A stretch of DNA of 64,000 nucleotides from the IMG/VR virus record IMGVR_UViG_3300021185_004515, one strand, 5' to 3'. A model generated the notes under the pieces. The model worked only from the letters and a program-made list of their open reading frames with translations. It had not been told where the DNA came from and searched no databases. The DNA comes from an uncultured virus (IMG/VR IMGVR_UViG_3300021185_004515) (taxonomy: Duplodnaviria > Heunggongvirae > Uroviricota > Caudoviricetes). Below are positions 38,881-48,549 of the stretch, piece by piece. Both the position numbers and the translations under genes were made by a program. Within the stretch, counting starts at the first letter, position 1, and every line of letters begins with the position of its first letter.

Positions 38881-40881
38881 CTATGAACTCAATTCACGGT
38901 TGAGCCATTTTCTTTCAATGAACTGCACATCTCCGTTTTCATCAGTCCAGGTAGCATACCAATAGAAATCATAATGTGTGGTATTGTTTGAAGTAAAATT
39001 GGTCAAAGAAAGTGAATTATTATCATATTCCCAACCTTGAACATAATTTAGCGTAGTGTCCCAAACAAGCGGTTGGTCGGTGTTATTAGATGAATTTATA
39101 TCATAGACTAAGAATTGAACGGAAACATTGTAACCCTCAAGTTCATTTTCTTGATACCCGCAATCTAAATCATAAGCGACGGTTGCATGGGTTGAGTTCG
39201 TTTGAAGCATTATGTAATAAAGGTTGATTTCACACGCTTCGGGTTCGGGTGCTACGACATCAATTCCCCAGAAATTAACCTGTTCTAATTGGTTGCCATC
39301 GTGCGTGATTGTAATCATAGGAATCCAAGAGTTACCCACAGCCACACCATCAAAAATGTGAGATACATCAACCTCATTGTCACCACTTACCATGGTTTCC
39401 CAAGTATAATTAGCCGCATATCCGTTTTGGAATAAATCAATTTCTACCAAGATAGTTTCGTCTTCACAGTTTTCTGGAACTAACTTAAATGCCACTACGA
39501 TAGCATCCTGTTCCTCATCTTCGGCTATGTGGCCTCGGTAATGATTATGTATTTCTACCTCACAAGGTTCCGCAGGAGGATATTCGCAAGAACCGTCATC
39601 GTCAGTAGCCTCTGGACTAAAATTAGTGGCTTCTGAATCAGTGCATCCCCAGATTTTTTCAGGTTCAATAGAAATGGTGTGAGCAATCCATTTTTCATCT
39701 AATACCTCTCCGTTAAGTCTCAACACAATTTTGGGCTCATAGTTTCCGTCCTCAACTCCATCCCAAGTATGAGTGGTGTAATCTGCACCATCGGGGTCAG
39801 TAACTTTACCATCTTCAAAAGTCTGGTGTTCATATTTTACCACACTGTCTTGATACAATGCCCAAGTGATTTCAAATTGTTCGTCATCACAATTCTCGGC
39901 TTCGTCTACCAAGTCTACATCAGCACTGATTCTAACAGCGTCTTGTTCGGAATCAGACTCTAATAAGTAGGCTTGTTCGTTGATAAGATACGCATCACAC
40001 TCTTCGGGCTCATCCTGTGATTCAATATAATATACTTGACTCGTCGGTAAGTAGTATTCATCGCCGTGTTCACAAGAGCCGTCTTCACACTCTACTACAT
40101 GGAACTCTACTCGGTAATGGTAAGTGCCTTCGGCTAAATCTTCAAAAGTATATTCCATGCTAATACCATTAACGAAATCTATGTTGCGGATAAATACTTG
40201 GTCTTGTTGGCCTCCGTCTTCAAACAAAGTGATAATGAAGTGTCCTCCAAAATGCTCTATGTCGCACTCAGAATTGTCTTGGAAAGCGAACCTTACTTCT
40301 AAATTGCTTCCATCAATATATCCATATTCATCATAATACCATTGTGAATTACAGGGGGGATTTTCCCAGTAACAAGAACCATCTTCAACCTCTGCGTCTG
40401 GATTAAAATTATCAGCATCAAAAGCCATACAACCCCAGATTTCTTCGCCTGAACTGCCTTGAGCATCATCGCCCATAAAATAATCTATCCCTACACCTCC
40501 TGTGAGTAACAGCAAAATTGGGGCTACTACGGCTAAAATAACTTTGATTTTCTCTGCTTTTCTCTGCACTGATTCCAAAGCCCTGTCTACAATATCTCCT
40601 TCCAAAGTTGTCTCCACGGCAACCTCAGTTTTATTGACCCCTCCATTGAGAACTGTGTTGTCAGAAACTTGTTGATTGATTTGCTGCACTGTGGAAATTA
40701 ACTCTGCGGCTTCTTTGAGTTGCTCCACTAATGACTCAGATTTTTCTTCATTGGAAAGATTGACTATACCATCATCCAGCAAGTCTTCTAAAACAGATTC
40801 CTTGGTGCGTCCTGTGGCCTCGGCAATAACCTGCGCTCGCTCATCCAATTCTAAGTGAATATCCATATCATCTTCAGACAT
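38881..40881 (-). CDS. Membrane-anchored acidic surface protein with GCxD...DGSC repeats
   Basis: TM VILAVVAPILLLLTGGVGI; WGCMAFDADNFNPDAEVEDGSC and WGCTDSEATNFSPEATDDDGSC; repeated Cys-flanked beta domains. Confidence 0.85.
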   Translation of the reverse strand: MSEDDMDIHLELDERAQVIAEATGRTKESVLEDLLDDGIVNLSNEEKSESLVEQLKEAAELISTVQQINQQVSDNTVLNGGVNKTEVAVETTLEGDIVDRALESVQRKAEKIKVILAVVAPILLLLTGGVGIDYFMGDDAQGSSGEEIWGCMAFDADNFNPDAEVEDGSCYWENPPCNSQWYYDEYGYIDGSNLEVRFAFQDNSECDIEHFGGHFIITLFEDGGQQDQVFIRNIDFVNGISMEYTFEDLAEGTYHYRVEFHVVECEDGSCEHGDEYYLPTSQVYYIESQDEPEECDAYLINEQAYLLESDSEQDAVRISADVDLVDEAENCDDEQFEITWALYQDSVVKYEHQTFEDGKVTDPDGADYTTHTWDGVEDGNYEPKIVLRLNGEVLDEKWIAHTISIEPEKIWGCTDSEATNFSPEATDDDGSCEYPPAEPCEVEIHNHYRGHIAEDEEQDAIVVAFKLVPENCEDETILVEIDLFQNGYAANYTWETMVSGDNEVDVSHIFDGVAVGNSWIPMITITHDGNQLEQVNFWGIDVVAPEPEACEINLYYIMLQTNSTHATVAYDLDCGYQENELEGYNVSVQFLVYDINSSNNTDQPLVWDTTLNYVQGWEYDNNSLSLTNFTSNNTTHYDFYWYATWTDENGDVQFIERKWLNRELSS

Positions 40882-41101
40882 ATTTTCTCTTTGTTTGTTT
40901 TGCTATTTCAATTTGTGCAACGGGTATATCAACTTTGAGGTTAGCACAGACTTTTCTTTAGATAGAACGCCCGCACATGAGGCACTGCATATATGAACTT
41001 AATGTCAAAAGTTCTTTCTTATATAGGTAGTGTCACACATGGAATATTAGCCCCAACAACAATCGGGCAACAAACACAAAAATAAAAAAAGGTGAAAAAA
41101 T

Positions 41102-41581
41102 ATGAGCAATGAAAACACAAACACAGATGTAGCAGCCTTCCTAACGGAACTAAAAGAACTTCAACCAGAGCGACCAACTCGTGCTTTGGTTAATTACGAG
41201 ACATTCAAGCCAGAAATGGACCATGTCTACAAGGGATACACACTTGAAGGATACACCGATGGTATTGAATCCCCTCTTGGTTCTGTCAGCACCGCTGTCC
41301 GTATGGTTGCACCAGGTAATGATGGCGAGGCTCCAGAAGGCCGCCGTATCACAATCTGGCTCTCTTCCTATGAGCAGAACGATTTCCAACGCTTCCTCAA
41401 CGACAATGTCGCAAACAACGAAGATGTTTCTCTTCCAGTGACCATTGATTGGCTACGACGCATGGAAAAGTCCCAGAAAACTGGCCGTGACTACAAGCAA
41501 TTCTTCGCAATCTTCCGTGGGGCGGCTGACCGTGACTCTCTTCCTGAAGTCCACGCAGACCAACTCAAGCAAGATGAGTGA
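41102..41581 (+). CDS. Hypothetical protein, possible OB-fold ssDNA-binding protein
   Basis: Next to MCM; AGGTGA SD; KSQKTGRDYKQF strand and acidic tail. Confidence 0.6.
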   Translation: MSNENTNTDVAAFLTELKELQPERPTRALVNYETFKPEMDHVYKGYTLEGYTDGIESPLGSVSTAVRMVAPGNDGEAPEGRRITIWLSSYEQNDFQRFLNDNVANNEDVSLPVTIDWLRRMEKSQKTGRDYKQFFAIFRGAADRDSLPEVHADQLKQDE

Positions 41582-41752
41582 GGCTTTTTCGCTTCACACA
41601 TTGAAACCACACACCACAACACCTCCTTTGGGGGTAGAGGTCTGGCTCGTCCAGCGTAAGCACGAACTCAGTAAATCTGGGGGAATGTCCTTTGCCCCTG
41701 AAGCGGGACTTGATATAGGTGATACCCTTGTTTGGAGGCGGAGGGATGAGGT

Positions 41753-43432
41753 TTGACCAAGATTCACACAGAGATTCGTTCATTTGTTGAGTCAGCGGTT
41801 GATTCTTATCCTGAGTTTCAAATCAGTGTTGAACCCGTGTTCCGTAGTCAAATCAGCGGTTCATGGCAAAATGCTGGGACTGGAATCTGCATCAAAATGG
41901 ATACAGCACCCCTGAATCCACGCAGCCCCAATCCAGACGAAACGGGTATCTGGTTCACAGTTAGTGATGGTAATTACGCCATTGAATGCTTGATACATAA
42001 TGGCACTTCGGTGCCAGAAGGCCATAGCAACGACTCTTTAGAATCATCATTGATGACTTTAAGGGAATCGCTTCGCAACGGAACCAATGTCGGCATTGAA
42101 GGGTGTTATCACATCGTTAATCGTGAAAAGGTTTTTCTGGTTCATCATGTTTATACCATGAAGAATCATCAAACATCTCAAATGACTGACTCGCAATTGC
42201 AGGACTTTTTGGCTCTGTGTAAAAAACTGCGGATAAGACCCTTGGACTTGTTTATGAAAGACGAAACACTTTGGAGTGAATTTTATGCTCCCGATGTCTT
42301 GAAGAAAGCCGTGATGCTATACTGTCTCAGCCCACAAAACAAAGGTGACTTGCTCCACATCGGATTAGTTACCAGCATGGGTGAAGGAAAAGACCACTTG
42401 ATTGAACGAGTAGTCCAACCTTTAGTCCCCGTGGGTGTTGCTGGCTCTGGTAAAATGTCTACCATTGCGGGGTTATTTGGGGCCATGAGTGGTGACGACC
42501 TTAGTAGCATTGAATTAGGTCTGATTCCGAAAATGAATCACGAAAGACTGGCCGTGAGTGAATTCCAAACTTGGGATAGCATGGTATTTGGTGAACTGAT
42601 GAATGTCATGGCTAACGGCAAATTTGAGATGCAAAAAGGACAACTGGATATTTCCCGACCTGGCTGCGTCAATATGATGTTCTTAGGAAACCCTCCCAAA
42701 ACTTGGGACGATGAAACCCACAGTAATTTGGATATGCTGGAATCGTTCGGTGACTACACCTATCAGATTCTATCTCGTCTTACTCTGATATTTACTCAAA
42801 TGAGTATTTCGGGGCCAGATGCGGAACAATTGATTGAAGAAAAAATCATGGATGCGATGAATGGTAAGTTTGATGACCCTGAAGTCAAGCGTGAAATGAA
42901 TATGTGGCGGGTTTTTGGCCGAGAGTATTTGCGAAAAGTGAGTCTGATTCGCCCACAAATGGACGCAGAAGTAAAAGGCTTAATTCGCTCTACCTATCAC
43001 GACACACTTAAGAACACTGAGGCTTTCAAGAAGGCGTTTTTGGCTCGGTCAGAAAAAGACATGAGAAAATATCAAGAATTTACCAACCTGTGTCGGGCTT
43101 TTGCCCGATTGGATGGTTCACCTTCCGTAGAGTGGACTCATATTGCAGAGGCTCAAACTATTATGGAAATTTCTATGAAAACTCTGATGGAAAACTTCCC
43201 GTTGGATGAACTGGCAGCAGGAATGACAGCAGAAGACCAAGCCTTGTTTAACGCTATTAAAGATGTTATCGGAGCCGCAGAAAAACTGGACTTGAAAGAC
43301 CTTCGCTCCACCATGAGTGCTATGAAGAGTCGCAAATTTAGTGATAAGGATTTGGAACGGTTGGAAAAAGGCAAATATGTGAACATAGAAACCAACCCAG
43401 ATGGTAGCAAATATGTGGTGTTGAAAAAGTGA
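41753..43432 (+). CDS. mcm: Divergent MCM-family helicase
   Basis: GDLLHIGL.....GK, STIAGL, ELG, FEMQKG, FLGNP, ILSRLTLIF, MR......LCRAFARL; C-terminal wHTH-like region. Confidence 0.8.
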   Translation: MTKIHTEIRSFVESAVDSYPEFQISVEPVFRSQISGSWQNAGTGICIKMDTAPLNPRSPNPDETGIWFTVSDGNYAIECLIHNGTSVPEGHSNDSLESSLMTLRESLRNGTNVGIEGCYHIVNREKVFLVHHVYTMKNHQTSQMTDSQLQDFLALCKKLRIRPLDLFMKDETLWSEFYAPDVLKKAVMLYCLSPQNKGDLLHIGLVTSMGEGKDHLIERVVQPLVPVGVAGSGKMSTIAGLFGAMSGDDLSSIELGLIPKMNHERLAVSEFQTWDSMVFGELMNVMANGKFEMQKGQLDISRPGCVNMMFLGNPPKTWDDETHSNLDMLESFGDYTYQILSRLTLIFTQMSISGPDAEQLIEEKIMDAMNGKFDDPEVKREMNMWRVFGREYLRKVSLIRPQMDAEVKGLIRSTYHDTLKNTEAFKKAFLARSEKDMRKYQEFTNLCRAFARLDGSPSVEWTHIAEAQTIMEISMKTLMENFPLDELAAGMTAEDQALFNAIKDVIGAAEKLDLKDLRSTMSAMKSRKFSDKDLERLEKGKYVNIETNPDGSKYVVLKK

Positions 43433-43465
43433 AACTTCAAATAGGAAACAACCGTAGTGATAGTT

Positions 43466-44416
43466 ATGCTCTCTCGTGATGCTTCAAATCGTGCTGCCAT
43501 AGCGGTCGCACGAGTAATCACTAATGGCGAAAGTTTCTCGGCAGCGGCTCGTTCAGTAGGAACTACGGTGCGAACACTCAAAATGTTTCTCACAGAAAAT
43601 TCTATCGGAATGGAACGAGTGTCGGGTCGTTGGAAAATAATTAGGTCTGCGGCTCAGAAAGTTCCTGAGTTTCTCACTTTGATGTGGTCGGGTGAATCTG
43701 CTACTCGTGCGGCACAGTCATTGAACACTACCGTTCGCACCATCAGTAATCAAATGTTGCCCGATGATGCTGGCACACCTCGTCCAGTTATCGTCAAAGT
43801 AGGCAACACTTGGACTCCTAATTTTTTGGGAGTCCGAGATTATAGCATGACCCTGCACGGGAGTTTGATTGGATTAAACGATTCTGTGCAAGGAAGAGGA
43901 GAGCAAGCGGGACCCGATGCCGACCCAGATGATGCTGATGCGGAGTATGCAGATATTTGGTGGCAGATAGATTTTAACAATTTTGAATCCTCCTTGCCAA
44001 TTTCCGAAGTGGGTAACTTTTGGAGATTGCCGATTGTAGACTATTTGCGTAGTTATCTGGAATCACCTTCTCAAGTCAATACTTCATTAGCCAACAGATT
44101 TTTAGGTAATGCAGATGTGACCTCGGCTGCGGGAGTGGCGGGCAGAATCGCCGCAGATGGCTCTATGATGCTGACTCGGTTGGAACAATTCTTGGAGAGA
44201 TATGATTTGCGAATGGCTCCCGATGTTACGATTGGAGTAGAACCTGCGTCGGGATTGGTAAGTCCTGTGCGATGGATTTGGGTCAATGATTTTGGAACTA
44301 ATTCTACTCGTGTGGCTTCGGGGCTGTGGCAAGTGATGTTCCTCACCAATTCTGAAAGAGAAGAATACCCGATTACTATCAATTATGAATACGACTTGCT
44401 GGATGAAGTTGAGTAA
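43466..44416 (+). CDS. Protein with tandem N-terminal HTH repeats
   Basis: GESFSAAARSVGTTVRTL and GESATRAAQSLNTTVRTI; start set 30 nt after TTCAAATAGG. Confidence 0.75.
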   Translation: MLSRDASNRAAIAVARVITNGESFSAAARSVGTTVRTLKMFLTENSIGMERVSGRWKIIRSAAQKVPEFLTLMWSGESATRAAQSLNTTVRTISNQMLPDDAGTPRPVIVKVGNTWTPNFLGVRDYSMTLHGSLIGLNDSVQGRGEQAGPDADPDDADAEYADIWWQIDFNNFESSLPISEVGNFWRLPIVDYLRSYLESPSQVNTSLANRFLGNADVTSAAGVAGRIAADGSMMLTRLEQFLERYDLRMAPDVTIGVEPASGLVSPVRWIWVNDFGTNSTRVASGLWQVMFLTNSEREEYPITINYEYDLLDEVE

Positions 44417-44465
44417 TGTTAAATAGGTAATACTACTGATATACAATTACCTTACTGGTGATATT

Positions 44466-44873
44466 ATGGAACAAGAAATTATGATTGCTGCTGGTGCTGT
44501 GGGTGTCGTCCTTGCTGGCGCAGCCGCTCGCTGGTGGAATAAAAACCGAAACAAGATTGCAGACAAGATTGAAGATACTTTGGAAGATGCAATAGAAGAC
44601 CTGACTGGAAAAGATGTAGAACTTGGCGAAATCGTTGATGAAGTCATGGAATCTGCTGATGAAGTCGTTGAAGAAACTGTGGAAGCAGTAGAATCTGGCG
44701 AAGATGTCGTGGAATCTGTCAAAGAATCCGTTGCAGAAGAGGTTGAGGAACTAAAGGAAGATTTGTCTGCTCTTACTGTGGCACAACTCAAACTACGGCT
44801 CAAGGAAGCAGGATTGCCTGTTTCGGGAACCAAACTCACACTTATCAACCGACTTTCGGAGATGGTAGAATGA
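44466..44873 (+). CDS. Membrane-anchored SAP-domain protein
   Basis: N-terminal TM, acidic linker, LSALTVAQLKLRLKEAGLPVSGTKLTLINRL. Confidence 0.85.
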   Translation: MEQEIMIAAGAVGVVLAGAAARWWNKNRNKIADKIEDTLEDAIEDLTGKDVELGEIVDEVMESADEVVEETVEAVESGEDVVESVKESVAEEVEELKEDLSALTVAQLKLRLKEAGLPVSGTKLTLINRLSEMVE

Positions 44874-45034
44874 ATTGGAACTGGAAAAATATGGGTCTTG
44901 GTGCAAGCCTCGTGTCAATTTTGGGTAGCATTGCTATTTACTTCGCTCACGATGAGAATCTCGGTATTTTTGTCGGACTTTGGGCATCTGCGCTGTTGCT
45001 ATTGAGTGACCGCATGGCTGAATTGAAGGAATAA
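44870..45034 (+). CDS. Small two-TM protein (54 aa)
   Basis: Hand-translated ...SILGSIAIYF...GIFVGLWASALLLL. Confidence 0.7.
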   Translation: MNWNWKNMGLGASLVSILGSIAIYFAHDENLGIFVGLWASALLLLSDRMAELKE

Positions 45035-45064
45035 CTTAAATAACAGCAATACGAAAGTATTGCT

Positions 45065-48000
45065 ATGGCTGACTTCTACTCCATTCCGTTGGAGGAAATG
45101 GATGCGTTCTTGCGTTCCAGAAGGTTTCAACCTGTTGATTTAACCTATCGTAACCGCCCTGTGATGGAATGGGTCTATGAAAGACCTTTGCCTCGGCAAC
45201 CGAATCATTTTGTGAGAGTCTATACTGGAATCAACCGTTATGGTCGTTCACAGAATCAAAGTCGTGGTGCGGGAAAAGACGCTATCCGTGTGCAAGTTAT
45301 TTACAAAAGCGGTGATGTGGAAACATTAGTGACTCAACCCAAGCGTGTGCATCGGGTCACAGGATGGGCAGATAATCTGGACAACAGGCTATCAGAAATC
45401 GCCCAATCGTTACCACAGGTGGTATTTGACCGTCGTGGAGAACCCATGACTTTGAGGCGTAAGAATGGTAAGTATTTCTGGGGCAGTAGAGATTATCCTC
45501 GCTACAAAGAAACCCGTCCTTTTCAAGCAGAAGAATTTAATGGTGAAATGGAGGAATACGCCTATGGTGATGTTGATGATGGTTTTACCTCAATGTCTAA
45601 TCTGGCTCACATCTCTTTGCCCGATTACGAAGAATCTTATTATTGGACTTCCGTAGATGGGAACTCAAGGGCTACTGTGGCTTATGATGAAGATAATGAA
45701 GTCATCATTATCCCTAACTTTGAAGTATCGTTGCGTGTGCGGGGCAAGAAAATGGCTCACAAATACTTAGAAGAAATTATTGATGATACTTACCGAGATG
45801 GATATTCTGTGCAAGTCACAGATGTTGATAATCATGCTATCGGTTTTTGGGAAAAGATGCAAAGTCAAGGTTTGATTGAGAGTTGGACGCAGGGAAGTTT
45901 CGCTGCTGAGGGTGCGCCATTATCGGGACAAACTACGGAAGCACCCTATGAAATTAAGGTGTATGTTCCCTCTACTACCTTAGACCAACCCATTAGTGCC
46001 AGCGATTTCAAATCTCGTATTGATGAAACTCAAGAAAAACTCTCAGAATTGTTCGGAGGATTTACTACTGTTGATGCTTCAGGAGGATATTTGAGTCAGC
46101 AAGATGGTGTGATTAGTGAACCCGTTATTGTGGTATCATCGTGGGCTACTGAGGAAGATTACCAATCAAAATTGGGCGATTTAGAACGCTTCTTGAAACA
46201 AAAGAAAGATGATTGGGGCCAGGAAGTCATTGGATTTGAGTTTGAAAATGATTTCTTTATGTATCCTGCTTTTGAAGCCGAAGATGAAATTCCCATTATT
46301 GACCTTAACTCAAAAAAAGAAATTGAAGAATATGGGTTGTTTAAACCATACGAACCAAATCCCTGGCACAGAGAGGAATGGAGGCGTAAATCATTAACTG
46401 ATGCACCCGAAAACAGCAATCTATTTCGCATCAATTGTGATGGTGTGTATGCAGTAAGAACCATTTATGGACCTTCTAAAATAATTTTTGGAAGGAATAT
46501 GTTGGCTTCTAATAAAGTATCTTTCAATCGTGCCGAACAGCGAAATCTATCAGGGGTGTGGGGGCTAATGGGATTGCCCAGAGATAATAGTGGAGTAGTA
46601 AGTGCATTTGGGCCTCTTGAAAACATAGAGAAAATGCCTCAATTCTCGGAGAGACCAGCAATCTACCTCTTAAATAAAAAGGAACTGATTCCTAACAGAA
46701 TTGTTATCAATATGAAGGGGCTGGTTTTTGCTTACGACATCGTGCATCGTGAGGTTGAATTTTATGGTGGAGTGCCACAGTCAAGCATTGTATCAGAAGA
46801 CATCCCTCCTGAATGGGTCAATCCGCAGGAGATTAGCAAACCTCTTTTCGCTGCGGAAGATGATTATGACTCTACTTATGGAGTGGAACAAGCCAAGATT
46901 CGCAGAAGATTAAAGAATAAAATTAAGAAACAAGCCATCATGGGAACCAAGGCGGGTCAATGGTCGGCTCGTAAGTCCCAAGAATTGAAACGACAATACG
47001 AGGCTGCTTGTGATAAAAAAGGTTTGAATTCATACAAGGGTAAGAAAACTAAATCGCAAGATAATCTCAGTAAATGGAGCAAACAAAAGTGGGGAACGGC
47101 TTCAGGAAAGAAGTCATCTACTACTGGCGAACCATATTTCCCTGCCAAAGCAGTTGCGGCACTCAAAGACAAAGGATTATACTCCAAAGCCAAGCAACAA
47201 AAGAAAGCCGCTACCAAGGCAGGAAAGCAAAACGCTCGTTACAGTGACGACATTCGTGCCGTAGTCAAAAACTATCGCTCTGAAACATATGAGGAAGCAA
47301 CAGGCGTAGAATTTTCTGAACAAAACCCTGAAAAGATTGAGGCAGACGCTCCACCCGATTGGAGGGAATCTATCATTACCATTCCACAATCAGATTCTTT
47401 TGGCTATGCTTTGTATCGCAAAATGTCAGACTTAACCTATAATCAGGTATGGAGGGTATTGGAAATTATTGATGACCTAAATCGTATGAGTCATCACCAT
47501 GCTCTAACCAGATTTAGTAGCAACTATGTAGAAATTTGGATTTACAGCCATGATAGCGGATTGGTTATGCCGAAAGATTATCATTGGGCCGAAGATTTTA
47601 ATGACATGATTGCTACGGTGGACTGGCAAATGTGGGAGTCCGAAACCGAATGGGAAGAGGTTGATTGGGAAAAAGAAAAACCAGCGAAAGACCAAAATGA
47701 CTGGGGCGATGATGTAGAGTGGGAGGCTGAAGATGACTGGGGTTCGTTGCGTCCAGAAACTCGCCCAGAATTTCCAACCGTTGATGCTAAAATTGCCTCT
47801 ATGCTGCGAAACCACTCCAAAGTTAATGTCAATGGTGAACAAGGATGTCCTCGCTGTGGACAAGAAGATTTATTCTATCGTGAATCCACAGGAACGGGGA
47901 CCAAATGGTATTGTTATGGGTGCTTCTATACTGAAAAGACAGAATCTCAGAAAAGTCAAAAGATAATCACTTTAGAAAAATATGGTCTGAAGGTTCGGTG

Positions 48001-48082
48001 TCCCGATTGTGATGAAATGATTGTGGCTTATAATCAAGCCTCACTCAATAGCCACCGTAAAAAATGTGGGGTGACTAAGTGA
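45065..48082 (+). CDS. Mosaic polyprotein with about seven unrelated modules joined by xAE/xSE junctions
   Basis: GNAT-like, DUF3574-like, DUF5872-like (GQWSARKSQ), PCD-like (HH...YSHD) and Zn-ribbon modules. Confidence 0.9.
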   Translation: MADFYSIPLEEMDAFLRSRRFQPVDLTYRNRPVMEWVYERPLPRQPNHFVRVYTGINRYGRSQNQSRGAGKDAIRVQVIYKSGDVETLVTQPKRVHRVTGWADNLDNRLSEIAQSLPQVVFDRRGEPMTLRRKNGKYFWGSRDYPRYKETRPFQAEEFNGEMEEYAYGDVDDGFTSMSNLAHISLPDYEESYYWTSVDGNSRATVAYDEDNEVIIIPNFEVSLRVRGKKMAHKYLEEIIDDTYRDGYSVQVTDVDNHAIGFWEKMQSQGLIESWTQGSFAAEGAPLSGQTTEAPYEIKVYVPSTTLDQPISASDFKSRIDETQEKLSELFGGFTTVDASGGYLSQQDGVISEPVIVVSSWATEEDYQSKLGDLERFLKQKKDDWGQEVIGFEFENDFFMYPAFEAEDEIPIIDLNSKKEIEEYGLFKPYEPNPWHREEWRRKSLTDAPENSNLFRINCDGVYAVRTIYGPSKIIFGRNMLASNKVSFNRAEQRNLSGVWGLMGLPRDNSGVVSAFGPLENIEKMPQFSERPAIYLLNKKELIPNRIVINMKGLVFAYDIVHREVEFYGGVPQSSIVSEDIPPEWVNPQEISKPLFAAEDDYDSTYGVEQAKIRRRLKNKIKKQAIMGTKAGQWSARKSQELKRQYEAACDKKGLNSYKGKKTKSQDNLSKWSKQKWGTASGKKSSTTGEPYFPAKAVAALKDKGLYSKAKQQKKAATKAGKQNARYSDDIRAVVKNYRSETYEEATGVEFSEQNPEKIEADAPPDWRESIITIPQSDSFGYALYRKMSDLTYNQVWRVLEIIDDLNRMSHHHALTRFSSNYVEIWIYSHDSGLVMPKDYHWAEDFNDMIATVDWQMWESETEWEEVDWEKEKPAKDQNDWGDDVEWEAEDDWGSLRPETRPEFPTVDAKIASMLRNHSKVNVNGEQGCPRCGQEDLFYRESTGTGTKWYCYGCFYTEKTESQKSQKIITLEKYGLKVRCPDCDEMIVAYNQASLNSHRKKCGVTK

Positions 48083-48513
48083 ATATCATAAATTGGATTA
48101 GAAAACCCGCATTACTATGGACTTTTTCACGAAGTTACCCGAACCTTGGTAGGGATTTTTTTTATGCTCCATCTCGTGAACACGCCCAAGCAGAAATTAT
48201 ACATCTTATGAGAATGAATCATGGTGATGACATAGGTGAATTGAGGTGGGAGCCTTTTGAAAGCGATGGACTCATTACTATGTTGAGTGAATATGATGGT
48301 AATAAATTGGTTGAGGGTTCGTGGGGCTACTTAAAATTAGTAAGTAGTGATGTTAAAACTTTAAAAGAAATAATTGATGATTCTGTGCAACTCTCAGAGG
48401 CGGAGTTGGAAGCAAAACAAAAAAGAGTTGAAGCCTACATGAAAAAACTAACTGGTGGTGGTGGCTATTGGGACCCGCAAACTTATACCGACGATTATCA
48501 ACCCTATGAATAG
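48079..48513 (+). CDS. Hypothetical protein with N-terminal IINW
   Basis: MNIINWIRKP; GGGGTGA SD. Confidence 0.7.
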   Translation: MNIINWIRKPALLWTFSRSYPNLGRDFFYAPSREHAQAEIIHLMRMNHGDDIGELRWEPFESDGLITMLSEYDGNKLVEGSWGYLKLVSSDVKTLKEIIDDSVQLSEAELEAKQKRVEAYMKKLTGGGGYWDPQTYTDDYQPYE

Positions 48514-48549
48514 AGATTAGTTAAATAGGTGATGCAACTACTAAAAGGC

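Noticed and set aside
45065..48082. Polyproteins as assembly artefacts or stop-codon readthrough fusions
   Set aside because: The junctions are ordinary sense codons with synonymous variation, and the same motif recurs in three separate ORFs.
48529..48549. ORF-track starts at 48529, 43457, 62837, 17558 and 7051
   Set aside because: They overlap the promoter-to-start spacer or the upstream gene. Downstream ATGs fit the 29-30 nt rule, SD position or signal peptide.
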